Source: a virus
Strand: one strand, 5' to 3'
Length of the DNA stretch: 64,000 nucleotides
Virus record (IMG/VR): IMGVR_UViG_3300013102_000030
Coordinates: 64,001-128,000 of that record
Under the pieces are notes generated by a model. It was not told the origin of the DNA and did no database searches. It saw nothing but the letters and a program-made list of their open reading frames with translations. How positions within the stretch are numbered: the stretch's first letter is position 1; each line of letters begins with the position of its first letter. Both the position numbers and the translations under genes were made by a program. Of the stretch, positions 1 through 10,701 are shown piece by piece.

Positions 1-1
1 C

Positions 2-2593
2 GTCTCCAATACTGAATCATCTTCCATCCAGTCCAGCACTCTGTTCAGCATTGCTCCCGGAGCAAGTGCTACCCTGAGCCTTTACGCTCGTGCCAGTGTT
101 GCAGGCAACTACCCTGTGTCCATCCGCTGTGAGGACGATACAGGCGCGTACAAGGGTGATGCGCAGTTCATTGCTGCCGTTACCACAACTGTACAGCGCT
201 TCTCTGGAACTGTCATCACCCCTGCGGGAACTACTCGTGCCAAGGTAACCATTACTACCCCAACCTCACTGACCAGTGGACACTGGTTTGAAGTTGACGG
301 TATCAAGTGTGAACTTGGTGACGTTGTCTCCGCTTGGTCTCCGCTGGCTGTTGAACTTCTTCCGGGTACCATCGTTGGTACCTTCCTGAGGGGTGATGCC
401 ATCGACGGTATGATCATCACTGGCTCTACCTTCCAGACTACCGCAACTGCAAACCGTGGAATCAAGTTCACATCCACTGAGCTTGCAGGATACGATAACA
501 GCGGAAACAAGAACTTCTCCTTGCTTTCCTCTGGTAGCCTGTCCCTCAAGGGTGATTTGACCTCTGGTTCCACCATCACGGGTGCCACTGTTACCGGTTC
601 GACCGTTCAGACGGAAGCAACAGCCTCACGAGGAATCAAGCTCACCACAACCGAGCTTGCAGGATACGACACGTCCGGTAACAAGAACTTCTCCCTGACA
701 ACAGGCGGAACTCTTACCATCAAGGGTGACATCACAGCAGGGTCCACCATCACAGGTGCAACCATCACGGGTGCCACGGTACAGACTGAAGTAACGGCTG
801 CACGCGGTATCAAGCTGACAAGCACTGAGTTTGCCGGATACGATACTGCTGGTGCTAAGAACTTCAGTCTGACTTCTGCTGGTGTTCTTTCCCTGAAGGG
901 TTCCATTGAATCCGGCTCCACCATCAAGGGTGCAACTCTTGCTGCTGGCGCTGGTGGAATCGAGACCAGCAGTTCGGTCAACCGTGGAGTGAAGCTCAAG
1001 GATACCGGTATCGTAGCTTACGACAGCAACGGTAACATGACGTTCAAGGTCGATGCTGCAACCGGTCTTGTTGAAGCTCCCGGAATCAAGGCAAACTCGA
1101 TCACGGGTGATATGATTGCCGCGAACACCATTACGGTTCAGGATCTCCTTGTTGGTGACTTCACCAACCTTGTTGATGATGCTGACCTCAACGGTGCTGG
1201 CTGGTATGACCGCTCCGGTGTTGGAACTGCTTCCAACATTGTAGTTACCTCAGGTCTTCCGGGTCCATCTTGGAAGCTTGATGGTGTCGGTACTGAGGTT
1301 TCTGTAGCAACCAAGTCCTACTTCTCTGTAGTTCCCGGTTCCGAGTACCGTATCTCAATCAAGGCACAGAACCAGCTTCTCCCGAGTGGTACTCCTGCTC
1401 TCTTCCGAATCTACTGGTTCACAGAGACTGGCGCTGCCGCGTCTGCTGCATACTCTGAGCTTTCCATCCCAACAGGATCATGGAACACCTACGCAGGAAA
1501 CGCTACTCCTCCTGCTGATGCCCGCCGTGGTGTTCCTACCCTCATCCATGGATCATCTGCCACAGGTGGCTCATGGTGGGCAGGTCTTCCTGCAATCCGT
1601 CGTAAGAACGGTGGAGACCTCATCGTTGACGGTGCGATTGACGGTACGGTCATCAGCGGTGCCACGATTCAGACTGAAAAGACTGCAAACCGTGGAATCA
1701 AGCTTACGACTACGGAGCTTTCCGGATACGATACCAGCGGTAACAAGAACTTCTCGCTGACCACAGCGGGTGCTCTGACAGTTCTGGGAACCATCAAGTC
1801 CGGTTCCACCATTGAAGGTGCTACGATTACAGGTACCACAGGTATCCAGACATCGACTGTTGCCAACCGTGGCGCAAAGATCACCAACACCGGAATCATC
1901 ACATACGACTCCAGCGGCAACATGACCTTCAAGGTTGATGGAACCACTGGTCTTGTGGAAGCTCCGGGCCTGAAGGCTAACAGCATCACTGGTGACATGA
2001 TTGCTACTGCAACTCTGACAGCCAAGAACCTGCTTGTCGGTGACTACGCGAACATTGCCACAATCAATGAGAACATTCCGGTCACCATCAGTTCCTACGG
2101 CCAGACAATGGTCTCCGCTGGATACAACAAGCTGGTAAACGATGCTGGTAACTACCTCATGTTCACAGATCAGCGTGGACCGGTTCCGTTCTCCATCAAC
2201 GATACACTCTACTTTGAGTTTGAGGCCAAGGCAACTGCTGCAACCACTGCTCAACTCGGTGTCTGGACATACGATGGAACAGTGAACGCTTCCACACTCG
2301 GAACTACTGTCAACATTGGCTCTGCCAGTGCCACAGTAACCGGTGAGGTCAAGGTTGTCAACTACCGTCCAAACGCTACACAGTTCGTTGTGGGCCTGAA
2401 CGGAGTCAACAACAAGGGTATCCAAGTCCGAAACGTCAAGGTTTACAAGAAGTCAGGTGGAAACCTGATTGTTGACGGCTCACTCAAGTCAACCACTTTG
2501 TCTCTGATACAATCGACGGTGGAATCATCAAGGCCGGATCTCTATCCGCTACCAAGATCGAATCCAAGTCCATCAAGGCTGACCAGCTTGTGA
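2..2593 (+). CDS. Tail fibre / minor tail protein, N-terminal part (5'-truncated at window edge; continues in the next ORF across a -1 frameshift)
   Basis: Frame is open from base 2. Gly/Thr/Ser-rich with tandem ~50-aa repeats (GATITGATVQTE..A.RGIKLT.TELAGYD..GNKNFSLT) and GxLIVDG modules typical of actinophage tail proteins. Confidence 0.75.
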   Translation, partial: VSNTESSSIQSSTLFSIAPGASATLSLYARASVAGNYPVSIRCEDDTGAYKGDAQFIAAVTTTVQRFSGTVITPAGTTRAKVTITTPTSLTSGHWFEVDGIKCELGDVVSAWSPLAVELLPGTIVGTFLRGDAIDGMIITGSTFQTTATANRGIKFTSTELAGYDNSGNKNFSLLSSGSLSLKGDLTSGSTITGATVTGSTVQTEATASRGIKLTTTELAGYDTSGNKNFSLTTGGTLTIKGDITAGSTITGATITGATVQTEVTAARGIKLTSTEFAGYDTAGAKNFSLTSAGVLSLKGSIESGSTIKGATLAAGAGGIETSSSVNRGVKLKDTGIVAYDSNGNMTFKVDAATGLVEAPGIKANSITGDMIAANTITVQDLLVGDFTNLVDDADLNGAGWYDRSGVGTASNIVVTSGLPGPSWKLDGVGTEVSVATKSYFSVVPGSEYRISIKAQNQLLPSGTPALFRIYWFTETGAAASAAYSELSIPTGSWNTYAGNATPPADARRGVPTLIHGSSATGGSWWAGLPAIRRKNGGDLIVDGAIDGTVISGATIQTEKTANRGIKLTTTELSGYDTSGNKNFSLTTAGALTVLGTIKSGSTIEGATITGTTGIQTSTVANRGAKITNTGIITYDSSGNMTFKVDGTTGLVEAPGLKANSITGDMIATATLTAKNLLVGDYANIATINENIPVTISSYGQTMVSAGYNKLVNDAGNYLMFTDQRGPVPFSINDTLYFEFEAKATAATTAQLGVWTYDGTVNASTLGTTVNIGSASATVTGEVKVVNYRPNATQFVVGLNGVNNKGIQVRNVKVYKKSGGNLIVDGSLKSTTLSLIQSTVESSRPDLYPLPRSNPSPSRLTSL

Positions 2594-4611
2594 TCTCATC
2601 CACGGACAACCTGATTGTTGAGTCTGCCTTTGAGCACCCAACAAATCCGGGAGCTTCGTGGGAACGTGATGCCAACAAGATCATTCAGGTTGGCGGCGGA
2701 CGTAACGGTGGAAACGCTCTGCGCTTCACTGGAACGGTATCCACTCTCACAAGCTACAACGTGAACAACAAGGTGATGGTTGACGATGACAACCGATTCC
2801 GTGTTTCTATGTGGGTCAAGACCAACGCAGCGTTCGGAAACGGTGCTATCCGTCTTGGTGTGAAGCCTTACAAGGGAACCGCTGCTCAGTCTGCTGTGAT
2901 CCTGTTCAGCAACTCAACGAACTCCGCAAGTGCAAACTACGTACCCGGAACCGATGTATGGACTCAGATCAGTGGCATCACCAGCGCCCTTCCTTCGGGA
3001 ACAACCGCTGTGGAATTCTACTTGAGTTCTGTTGCCCCGTCAACGACCGCTTACCTTGATGTTGCCTCTGTTGCTGTGACTCGTGCTGCTGACGGAAACC
3101 TCGTGGTTGATGGAGCTATTGACGGTAAGACTATCACAGGTGCTACTATCCAGACAGCTTCTCCTGCCCTCAGTGGCGCTCGCCTCGTCATGGACGGAAC
3201 GGGTCTTCGTGGTTGGGATGCATCCAACAAGCAATACCTAAGCGCAAGCTCAACGGGTCTTGCTGTTACCGGTAGCCTTGGAGCGACTGGTGATGGTGTG
3301 GACTACGCAATTTACGACAGCACCACTGGTCAATTCGGTTCACGTCCAGTGTATGTTGGAATTGGTGGCGCTGCTGGTGCAGTTGGTCTCGGTACCGGTG
3401 GTCAGACTTGGCCGTACCCGTCTCCGTATAAGACAGGTACACCTATTCCGGGCATCATCTTCAAGCCTACCACTGTAGACATGTATGACGTTGCCAGTAT
3501 GACGGCCCGTGACGGTGTGACCGTATCACTTCAGAGGGGTGTGACACAGGCTGACTTTGACGCGTGGGCAGCACAGACTGATGGTTCCGGCACTCTTGTA
3601 AATGCTCGCAAGACATACATGCCAACCATTATGACTCTGAACCAGAACGGTGTCAACTTCAGCAAGTACGTTGAGGCTCCTGAGTACCGTATCGGTGGAA
3701 CTTCCCTTTCCACAGCATCTGTGGTAACCTATACAGGTGGAGGATCTGTCAACAACCAGACCCTTACTACCTTGGCTTCATACACTCGTAGAGATGATGC
3801 ATCGACTGATACGTTCCTGTTCACCGTAGATGCAAATGGGTACGAGTTCGTTGCCCGTGATACTGGTGTATATGAAATCTTCGTTAACTTCGCCATTGGT
3901 GGACCAGCAACTGGTCGTTCATTCGTGGAAGTAGTCAATTCCTCTGACAGTTGGGGCGGCGCACGCGCCTTCTTCGGCTCGGGTGAAGACACGCAGTCGC
4001 TAGTGCAGGGCGGTTTCAAGATGACCGCTGGACAGAAGTTCAGTATTCGTGCATTCACTACTCTTGGTAGTGGATCAATCAACACTGGATATACTGTACG
4101 TATCACAAAGATGGCCGCTCCACTACCTGTCAAGCAGTGGGGAGAGGGTGACATTACTCAGACAGGTAACGTCACTGTTCAGGGTGAACTCCTTGTCAAG
4201 CCCAAGTTTGCACAATTCTACAACAACGGCTTCAATGTTGCCAGTGGTAGTGCATCGTGGGACTCCGGACCTGTTACAATGGATACAGCGAAGTGCAAGA
4301 ACAACGACTTCACGGTAGCCGGTCCATACGCTGGTTCCGTCAGCTTTACACAGACCGGTTGGTACAGCATCAGCCTGTTCATCATCCCGACAGGTGGTAA
4401 TCCGTTCGACTCTTGGGCACGACTCTTCTTGGGATCAACCGGAGAAAACCTCGTGCAGGACGGTAACCGACCACAGTCCGAGATCTACTTGTCCACCATA
4501 CCGATTTACATCACCGCTGGTGATTACGTACGATCAACAGTTGTATCCCCCGGTGGTATTACATGTAACAGCGTGTGGAAGATTGCCAAAATGCCTTGGT
4601 CCAACGCATAG
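2590..4611 (+). CDS. Tail fibre / receptor-binding protein, C-terminal part
   Basis: Same GNLVVDGAIDGKTITGATIQT module and beta-rich C-terminal domains. The frame reads as tail-like sequence from about 2491. Confidence 0.7.
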   Translation: MISSTDNLIVESAFEHPTNPGASWERDANKIIQVGGGRNGGNALRFTGTVSTLTSYNVNNKVMVDDDNRFRVSMWVKTNAAFGNGAIRLGVKPYKGTAAQSAVILFSNSTNSASANYVPGTDVWTQISGITSALPSGTTAVEFYLSSVAPSTTAYLDVASVAVTRAADGNLVVDGAIDGKTITGATIQTASPALSGARLVMDGTGLRGWDASNKQYLSASSTGLAVTGSLGATGDGVDYAIYDSTTGQFGSRPVYVGIGGAAGAVGLGTGGQTWPYPSPYKTGTPIPGIIFKPTTVDMYDVASMTARDGVTVSLQRGVTQADFDAWAAQTDGSGTLVNARKTYMPTIMTLNQNGVNFSKYVEAPEYRIGGTSLSTASVVTYTGGGSVNNQTLTTLASYTRRDDASTDTFLFTVDANGYEFVARDTGVYEIFVNFAIGGPATGRSFVEVVNSSDSWGGARAFFGSGEDTQSLVQGGFKMTAGQKFSIRAFTTLGSGSINTGYTVRITKMAAPLPVKQWGEGDITQTGNVTVQGELLVKPKFAQFYNNGFNVASGSASWDSGPVTMDTAKCKNNDFTVAGPYAGSVSFTQTGWYSISLFIIPTGGNPFDSWARLFLGSTGENLVQDGNRPQSEIYLSTIPIYITAGDYVRSTVVSPGGITCNSVWKIAKMPWSNA

Positions 4612-4624
4612 AAATGAGGAAAGG

Positions 4625-4777
4625 ATGCTAGCCATCTTGGAAAGAATCCGACAGGCCGTAGCCGCAAAACTGGCTCAGGCGAAAGCACTAATCGATACAT
4701 ACAAGCCCGTGGCTCCCGCTGAGGATGTTTCTCCGGAAACACCTTCAGACGGAGGGACACCAACCCAAGGAGTCTAA
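4625..4777 (+). CDS. Small hypothetical protein
   Basis: GAGGAAAGG RBS before the ATG; stop overlaps the next start (TAATG). Confidence 0.6.
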   Translation: MLAILERIRQAVAAKLAQAKALIDTYKPVAPAEDVSPETPSDGGTPTQGV

Positions 4778-4959
4778 TGGCTTCAGTCCAGATCCAGATC
4801 CAGCGAGACAACGGAACCAATATCAGTGCAAACGGCCAAGTGCCGGATGAACTGATCGCGGATACCGCAGCAATGCTGGGAGCTATGTTGTTCGACGCGG
4901 CTGCTGCACCAGTAGTCACAAGCACGTCAACTGAAGTAGTCACAACTACAAATCCTTAG
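4777..4959 (+). CDS. Small hypothetical protein
   Basis: AAGGAG RBS; coupled start. Confidence 0.65.
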   Translation: MASVQIQIQRDNGTNISANGQVPDELIADTAAMLGAMLFDAAAAPVVTSTSTEVVTTTNP

Positions 4960-4962
4960 CAC

Positions 4963-5000
4963 AGAAGGAGGCAGGCCGTCAATTCGGTCTGCCTCCTTTC
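4963..5000 (+). terminator. Intrinsic terminator ending the tail module
   Basis: GAAGGAGGCAGGCCG / CGGTCTGCCTCCTTTC inverted repeat. Confidence 0.7.
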
Positions 5001-5040
5001 GTGGTATAATTGGTACATTACATATGACGAAAGGACAGAA

Positions 5041-5262
5041 ATGTCAGAACTACCTCAGATCGATTCACTCAAGGTTGCCGAAAAGGATATCCAGAAGCTT
5101 GAGTCACTGCTAAAGCAGTCTCGCCGCAACGAATCCACCCTTGAAACCCTTGCAGAAGCTCTCCGTGATGAGCGTGATGAAGTACGCGAGAAGCTAGCAG
5201 AAGCAGAGCGTAAGCTCTCCGAGCCGGTACACGACATCACGTCGCTGCCTGATGGCAGATAA
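5041..5262 (+). CDS. Coiled-coil hypothetical protein
   Basis: GAAAGGA RBS; TGGTATAAT -10 element at 5002-5010; heptad-like sequence. Confidence 0.7.
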   Translation: MSELPQIDSLKVAEKDIQKLESLLKQSRRNESTLETLAEALRDERDEVREKLAEAERKLSEPVHDITSLPDGR

Positions 5263-5265
5263 GCC

Positions 5266-5778
5266 GTGGAGGCCGCTCCAAGCGAACAGGTACAAGAGAG
5301 GCCAAAGTTCGCCGTAAGAGATCTGGTCAGGACCCTTGAGTTCGATGGTATCAAACTTGCTGATAGCTCAAGCCGAGTCCCGCAGCGACCACGTTGGGTA
5401 GAGTTCGAACTTTACCGAACACCAATCAACACTTACGTACTTTCCCGTGTAGGCTACAGCCTTTACTATCACTCGCAAGAGTGCTACACTGTACAGCGTA
5501 ACAAGCTCAGTGCCGTAGATGGTCTGGAACTCAGTGGAGCGTACGTCGCATGTGATAAGTGCAACCCACAGCGAGCAGATATTGAAGGTGTATATCCTGA
5601 AACTCCTCGCTACCGAGCATGGCATTGCACCGAAGCCGTTGGTGTTGTCGCACTCCTCATGAAGGAAGACGACAACGGAACAGAGTATCTGACCAACGTT
5701 GCACGGAGGCTCCTCATGGAAGCTTCCAAACTGGACAAGAACATTGCCAGCGCGTTCCTCGTAGACCGCATCGGATAG
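5266..5778 (+). CDS. Hypothetical protein
   Basis: 170-aa ORF in the operon; contains a CxxC. Confidence 0.65.
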   Translation: MEAAPSEQVQERPKFAVRDLVRTLEFDGIKLADSSSRVPQRPRWVEFELYRTPINTYVLSRVGYSLYYHSQECYTVQRNKLSAVDGLELSGAYVACDKCNPQRADIEGVYPETPRYRAWHCTEAVGVVALLMKEDDNGTEYLTNVARRLLMEASKLDKNIASAFLVDRIG

Positions 5779-5828
5779 ACAAACGGTGTCCTTTCTGATA
5801 GAATGAGAATTCTGACGAAAGGACACCT

Positions 5829-6521
5829 TTGTTTATTCTAATCGATACCGACCTTGATAACCTCATCCCCTTCTACGACCATATCAATGAACTGGATGAT
5901 AAGCCAGTCTTTGGTCTGGAAGAGTTGGAACATTACGCTCCAAACGGGGATTTCCACATCGTTGACCTCCTACCAAAGGATCTTACACGGTGGCAACAGC
6001 TTCGTCTAGGTGCTCTCGGTGCGCGTGTCTTCTCAGATTCCTTCGACAAGGAGTCCCCCATCTACTCTGCGGCTATCCCTACCAAGGACAAGATCCGCAG
6101 GATTGAAGTGGATGGACGTAACGCTGAGAGTCGGGCTAGCTTTTTCAGCAACTATGGTGTAAACTACATAGGCCGTACACACCTTTCCCCACGGAACATC
6201 TTCGTGCTGGACAACAAGGGTAAGAACCCTCTCCACGATCCCGCGAAAGATCCTCTGCTGGATGCGCTGTACGCCTCCCTGCCTGAAGACTGGTGGGGTT
6301 CCTGTGGATTCATCTCCGCAGGCAACGTAATCAAGCTAGAAGCCTTCCTGAGGGACCACCCGGATACTATTCCGCTGGCATGGACCTCCGGAGGCAAAGC
6401 AAAACTGGACTTCTTTGGACTGGACTTTGTCCATGTCAGGGAGCCAAACAACACTCAAGAGTATGGCCGCGCTGTACGTGAGGCCGCAAACAGGCTGAGC
6501 TACAAGTTGAGCCTACAATAA
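5829..6521 (+). CDS. Hypothetical protein
   Basis: GAAAGGA RBS with a TTG start. Confidence 0.65.
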   Translation: MFILIDTDLDNLIPFYDHINELDDKPVFGLEELEHYAPNGDFHIVDLLPKDLTRWQQLRLGALGARVFSDSFDKESPIYSAAIPTKDKIRRIEVDGRNAESRASFFSNYGVNYIGRTHLSPRNIFVLDNKGKNPLHDPAKDPLLDALYASLPEDWWGSCGFISAGNVIKLEAFLRDHPDTIPLAWTSGGKAKLDFFGLDFVHVREPNNTQEYGRAVREAANRLSYKLSLQ

Positions 6522-6542
6522 CAATACAACACAAAGGAAAGA

Positions 6543-8342
6543 ATGCCACAACTACCCTCTGACATCGACCTCAGGCTTGTAAACTGTATCGATGATTTGT
6601 TTGATATGAAGCGGTGGCTGGGCGAACGTCGGGAGGTAATGGGTCTCGATACTGAAACTTCAGGTCTTGATCCTTACACTCCCGACGCTAAACTGCGCCT
6701 CATCCAGATTGGCGATCACAAGACCGGCTGGGCCATTCCGTGGGAAGGCTGGGGCGGTGCCGCCATCGAATGCTTGAACCTGTGGGAAGGGCCTATCACC
6801 CTTCACAACGCGTCCTTTGATGCCAAGTGGCTCAAGCAGCACGCAAACTGGGATATGCCGTGGGAACGAACCCATGATACTATGATCATGGCACAGATTG
6901 AGCGTCCGGGAGGCCGCAACGATCTGAAGCACCTGTCCACAACCTACATCGATCCGATGGCGGATGCTGGACAGAAGGATCTCAAGGATGCCATGAAGAC
7001 TCATGGCTGGGGATGGCACAACATTCCGGTTGACTATCAGTCATACTGGGTGTATTCTGCTCTTGACCCGATTCTTGCTGCCCACCTGTGGACGCACTTC
7101 CGTACCGATCTAAAGTTTCCTAAGACTTACGATATGGAAATGTCTGTCCGCCGTATCTGCACCAACATGGAAGCAAGCGGTATGCGGGTGGATCTGGACT
7201 ACTCCCAGATGAAGTTCGAACAACTGAAGCAGGAAGTAGAAGACTCCAAGAAGTGGGCACAGGAAAACTGGGGAATCTCCATTGGTTCCAACGTTCAGCT
7301 TGCAGACTTCTTCGAACACACCCTTGGTGCTGAGTTTGAGGTCTTTTCTGCTACATCTGGTAAGCCCTCCGTGGACAAGAACCAGTTGGCAATCTTTGAG
7401 ACCAGCGAGAATACCAACGTCGCTGCTGTAGCGAAGTTCATCCTTGATGTCCGCAACAAGGATAAGATGTCCAACAGCTACTTCAAGAACTTCATTGAAA
7501 TGGCTGTAGACGGAGTTGTCCACCCTTCCATCAAGACGATGGGTGCCCGTACCGGACGTATGTCTGTGACCTCTCCTGCCCTCCAGACCATCCCCAAGGA
7601 TGATAAGATGGGTGTTCGTGGTGCGTTCCTGCCACGTAATCCGGGTGAGATCCTGATCTCCTGTGACTACTCACAGGTTGAAATGCGCCTTCTGGCACAC
7701 TTCTCCGGTGACGCTGCTCTTCAAACTGCCTTCAAGGAAGCTGACGAGACTGGTGGTGACTTCTTCGTCTCCATCGGTCGGCAGATCTACAACGACCCTA
7801 ACTTCTCCAAGAAGGACAAGCGTCGTGGTCTGATGAAGAACGTCATGTACGGCGCTGCTTACGGCTCCGGCATCCAGAAGATGGCAGACGCAGCCGGTGT
7901 TCCGTTTGAACAGATGAAGGCCGTTTCGGACGACATCTTCAACACGTACCCCGGAATCAAGAACTTCATGGAGAAGACTGAAAAGCTCGGTAACATCCGT
8001 GAAGCAGAAGAGGGAGTCGGCTACATCGTAACCGGCACTGGTCGGCACATTCCTGCCGACAAGGGCAAGATGTACACCCTCACCAACTACACGCTTCAGG
8101 GTACCGCAGCGGAACTGATGAAGCAAGCAATTGTCCGTCTGGATGCTGCTGGTTACGGCCCGTACATGCAGATGGCTATCCACGACGAAATGATCTTCTC
8201 GATCCCTCCTCACATGCTGGAGAAGGCTCTTCCTGAGATTCAGGATCTGATGTCCTACTGCAACGGTGAGTTCGACGTGGACCTTCCGGCTGAACCTGAG
8301 GTCATCGGGTCCAAGAACTGGGGCGAGAAGTACGCTGAATAA
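6543..8342 (+). CDS. polA: Family A DNA polymerase (3'-5' exonuclease plus polymerase)
   Basis: ExoI DTETSG; HNASFD; TGRMS; motif A DYSQVEMR; motif B RRGLMKNVMYG; motif C IHDE. Confidence 0.95.
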   Translation: MPQLPSDIDLRLVNCIDDLFDMKRWLGERREVMGLDTETSGLDPYTPDAKLRLIQIGDHKTGWAIPWEGWGGAAIECLNLWEGPITLHNASFDAKWLKQHANWDMPWERTHDTMIMAQIERPGGRNDLKHLSTTYIDPMADAGQKDLKDAMKTHGWGWHNIPVDYQSYWVYSALDPILAAHLWTHFRTDLKFPKTYDMEMSVRRICTNMEASGMRVDLDYSQMKFEQLKQEVEDSKKWAQENWGISIGSNVQLADFFEHTLGAEFEVFSATSGKPSVDKNQLAIFETSENTNVAAVAKFILDVRNKDKMSNSYFKNFIEMAVDGVVHPSIKTMGARTGRMSVTSPALQTIPKDDKMGVRGAFLPRNPGEILISCDYSQVEMRLLAHFSGDAALQTAFKEADETGGDFFVSIGRQIYNDPNFSKKDKRRGLMKNVMYGAAYGSGIQKMADAAGVPFEQMKAVSDDIFNTYPGIKNFMEKTEKLGNIREAEEGVGYIVTGTGRHIPADKGKMYTLTNYTLQGTAAELMKQAIVRLDAAGYGPYMQMAIHDEMIFSIPPHMLEKALPEIQDLMSYCNGEFDVDLPAEPEVIGSKNWGEKYAE

Positions 8343-8352
8343 CTAGGAAAAC

Positions 8353-8808
8353 ATGTTCTGTAAATGTCAATGCCGTTATCTTCTCGCTATCGACCCCGGA
8401 TTGGCTACAGGCGTATGCCTGATCGATCTGGAAGATCCCGAGAATCCCAAGAAACTGTGGTCCTGTGAGTTGTCCATTACGGAGTTCTATGATACAATTT
8501 GGAACTCCATTGCGGACGGTGTCCATGTGGTGATTGAGGATTTCCGCATCACCACTGAAACGGGCAAGCTCACTGAAGCTCCATGGTCCTTGAACCTGAT
8601 TGGAGTTGTACAGTACGTCGCCTACCACAGGAAACGCACTGTCGATCTCCAGCTTCCATCACAGAAGCCCTTTGCGACTAACGACAGACTCAGAGCAGTA
8701 GATTTTTGGCATGTCGGAGGGGAAGGTCACGCAAATGACGCTCTCCGACATGCCATGATCTGGATCGTGAATCATAACAGGAAGTGGACAAAAAAGCTAC
8801 TACTGTGA
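8353..8808 (+). CDS. RuvC-like resolvase
   Basis: LAIDPGLATG, VVIE and HANDA motifs of the RNase H fold. Confidence 0.75.
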   Translation: MFCKCQCRYLLAIDPGLATGVCLIDLEDPENPKKLWSCELSITEFYDTIWNSIADGVHVVIEDFRITTETGKLTEAPWSLNLIGVVQYVAYHRKRTVDLQLPSQKPFATNDRLRAVDFWHVGGEGHANDALRHAMIWIVNHNRKWTKKLLL

Positions 8809-8841
8809 TACAATGTTGACTTAGTTGACGAATAGAGAATA

Positions 8842-10701
8842 ATGGCACTAACCGCTGAGATCAGTGCAACTGATCCCACTAAGATAAAGATAACATACGC
8901 TGACCGAAGACTCAACCAGTTGATGAATTCGATCCCGTCAGCGCACTTCAACAAAGATGAGACATGGGATTATGCGCTAACATGGCATACCTGCTTGGCT
9001 CTTCAAAGCACTCTCAAAGGCAAGCTTGAGATCGGCCCCAACCTTAGGTCTTGGGTAAACGAACTCTACACTAACACAATTCTTCCAGCTTACAACATGC
9101 GGTCGGAGATCACTCCGGCTGGATGGGAAGAAGTGATGCCTGACCTGAAGCTCTTCCCTCACCAGAAGGGAGACGTTGCGTTCCTGTCCAGAGTCTTGAG
9201 AGGATTCCTCTTCAACGGCATGGGATCAGGGAAGTCAATCTCTTCCATGTCGGCTATCCGGCAGATGTACGCAGATGGACATGATGTGTTTCCGCTGCTC
9301 ATTGCCTGCCCGAACTCTACAAAGTTCTCGTGGGCAAAGGAAATTGAGAAGGTATGGCCGGGACTTGAGATCCATGTGATCGATGGTACGGCTACTCAGC
9401 GCCGCAAGGCATTTGAGACACCGGCTCACGTGTACATCATCAACTGGGAATCCATCCGGTCCCACTCAAAGCTCAAGCCTTACGGTGGCGCTCCACCTTT
9501 GAAGCGCTGCACCGAGTGCAAGGGACTGGACAACAAGATCAAGCCTGCTTCCTGTGAAGCGCACGTCAAGGAACTGAATGAGATTGACTTCAAGTCAGTC
9601 ATTGGTGATGAGATCCACCGGATCAAGGACCCTGCTTCAAAGACTTCTCGTGCGTTCAAGGCAGCAACCGGTAACGCTCCAATCCGTATCGGCCTGTCTG
9701 GTACTCCGTTGGCATCGACACCGGAGGATTTGTATTCTCCGCTACACTGGATGTTCCCTGAGGCATTCCCGTCCAAGAACAAGTTCATTGAGCGTATGTG
9801 CATCACAGCAGACGCTGCATGGGGCGGCAGGATCGTAATCGGAATCCGTCCAGAGATGGAGCAGGAGTTCTTCAACGGTCTTGATCCCTTCAGCAGGCGT
9901 ATGCCTAAGGAAGTCATTCTTCCATTCCTTCCGCCGATTGTCCATCAACGCAGAGATGTTGAGATGGGTACCAAGCAGAAGAAGGCGTACGAGCAAATGC
10001 GGGACCAGATGATCGCGGAGGTTGAGGCTGGAGACGTTGTCTACACCACTTCCCCGCTGACCAAGATGACCCGTCTGCTTCAGTTTGCTTCTGCCTACGC
10101 AGAGGTAGAGTATCGAGACTGGTACAATCCAGCGCTCGGTGAAGTAGAGAAGGACAAGCCGTATGTCCGTCTGGCAGACCCTTCCGCGAAGCTTGATGCT
10201 TTCATGGAAGACTTGCCTGACTTTGGTGATGAGTCTCTTGTCATCTTTGCAGTCTCCTCCCAGCTTATCAACATGCTATCAGCACGGTTGACTAAAGCCA
10301 AGATCCCACACGGTCTTATTACGGGAGATCAGGATGCCAAGGAGCGAGAGATGCACATGACCAACTTCCAAGCTGGTCACACCAAGTACATCCTGTGCAC
10401 CATTGCAGCAGGCGGAACAGGTATCACCCTGACGGCTGGCAGCACTGCTGTCTTCCTTCAGCGCTCTTGGTCAATGATCGAGAACTTGCAGGCTGAGGCA
10501 CGTGTCCACCGTATCGGATCGGAGAAGTTCGATTCCATCCGGATTATGGACTACGTCACCAAGGACTCTGTTGAAGAGCTTGTCTTCAAGGCTGTTGAAG
10601 CCAAAACGGACCAACTGGAATTCATCCTCCGTGACAAGGAGATGATCCGCAAGTTCCTGAACCATGAACTATCACTAAAACCAGAACCGAAAGCAGCATG
10701 A
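8842..10701 (+). CDS. SNF2-family DEAH helicase
   Basis: MGSGKS, DEIH, LSGTP, QAEARVHRIG. Confidence 0.9.
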   Translation: MALTAEISATDPTKIKITYADRRLNQLMNSIPSAHFNKDETWDYALTWHTCLALQSTLKGKLEIGPNLRSWVNELYTNTILPAYNMRSEITPAGWEEVMPDLKLFPHQKGDVAFLSRVLRGFLFNGMGSGKSISSMSAIRQMYADGHDVFPLLIACPNSTKFSWAKEIEKVWPGLEIHVIDGTATQRRKAFETPAHVYIINWESIRSHSKLKPYGGAPPLKRCTECKGLDNKIKPASCEAHVKELNEIDFKSVIGDEIHRIKDPASKTSRAFKAATGNAPIRIGLSGTPLASTPEDLYSPLHWMFPEAFPSKNKFIERMCITADAAWGGRIVIGIRPEMEQEFFNGLDPFSRRMPKEVILPFLPPIVHQRRDVEMGTKQKKAYEQMRDQMIAEVEAGDVVYTTSPLTKMTRLLQFASAYAEVEYRDWYNPALGEVEKDKPYVRLADPSAKLDAFMEDLPDFGDESLVIFAVSSQLINMLSARLTKAKIPHGLITGDQDAKEREMHMTNFQAGHTKYILCTIAAGGTGITLTAGSTAVFLQRSWSMIENLQAEARVHRIGSEKFDSIRIMDYVTKDSVEELVFKAVEAKTDQLEFILRDKEMIRKFLNHELSLKPEPKAA

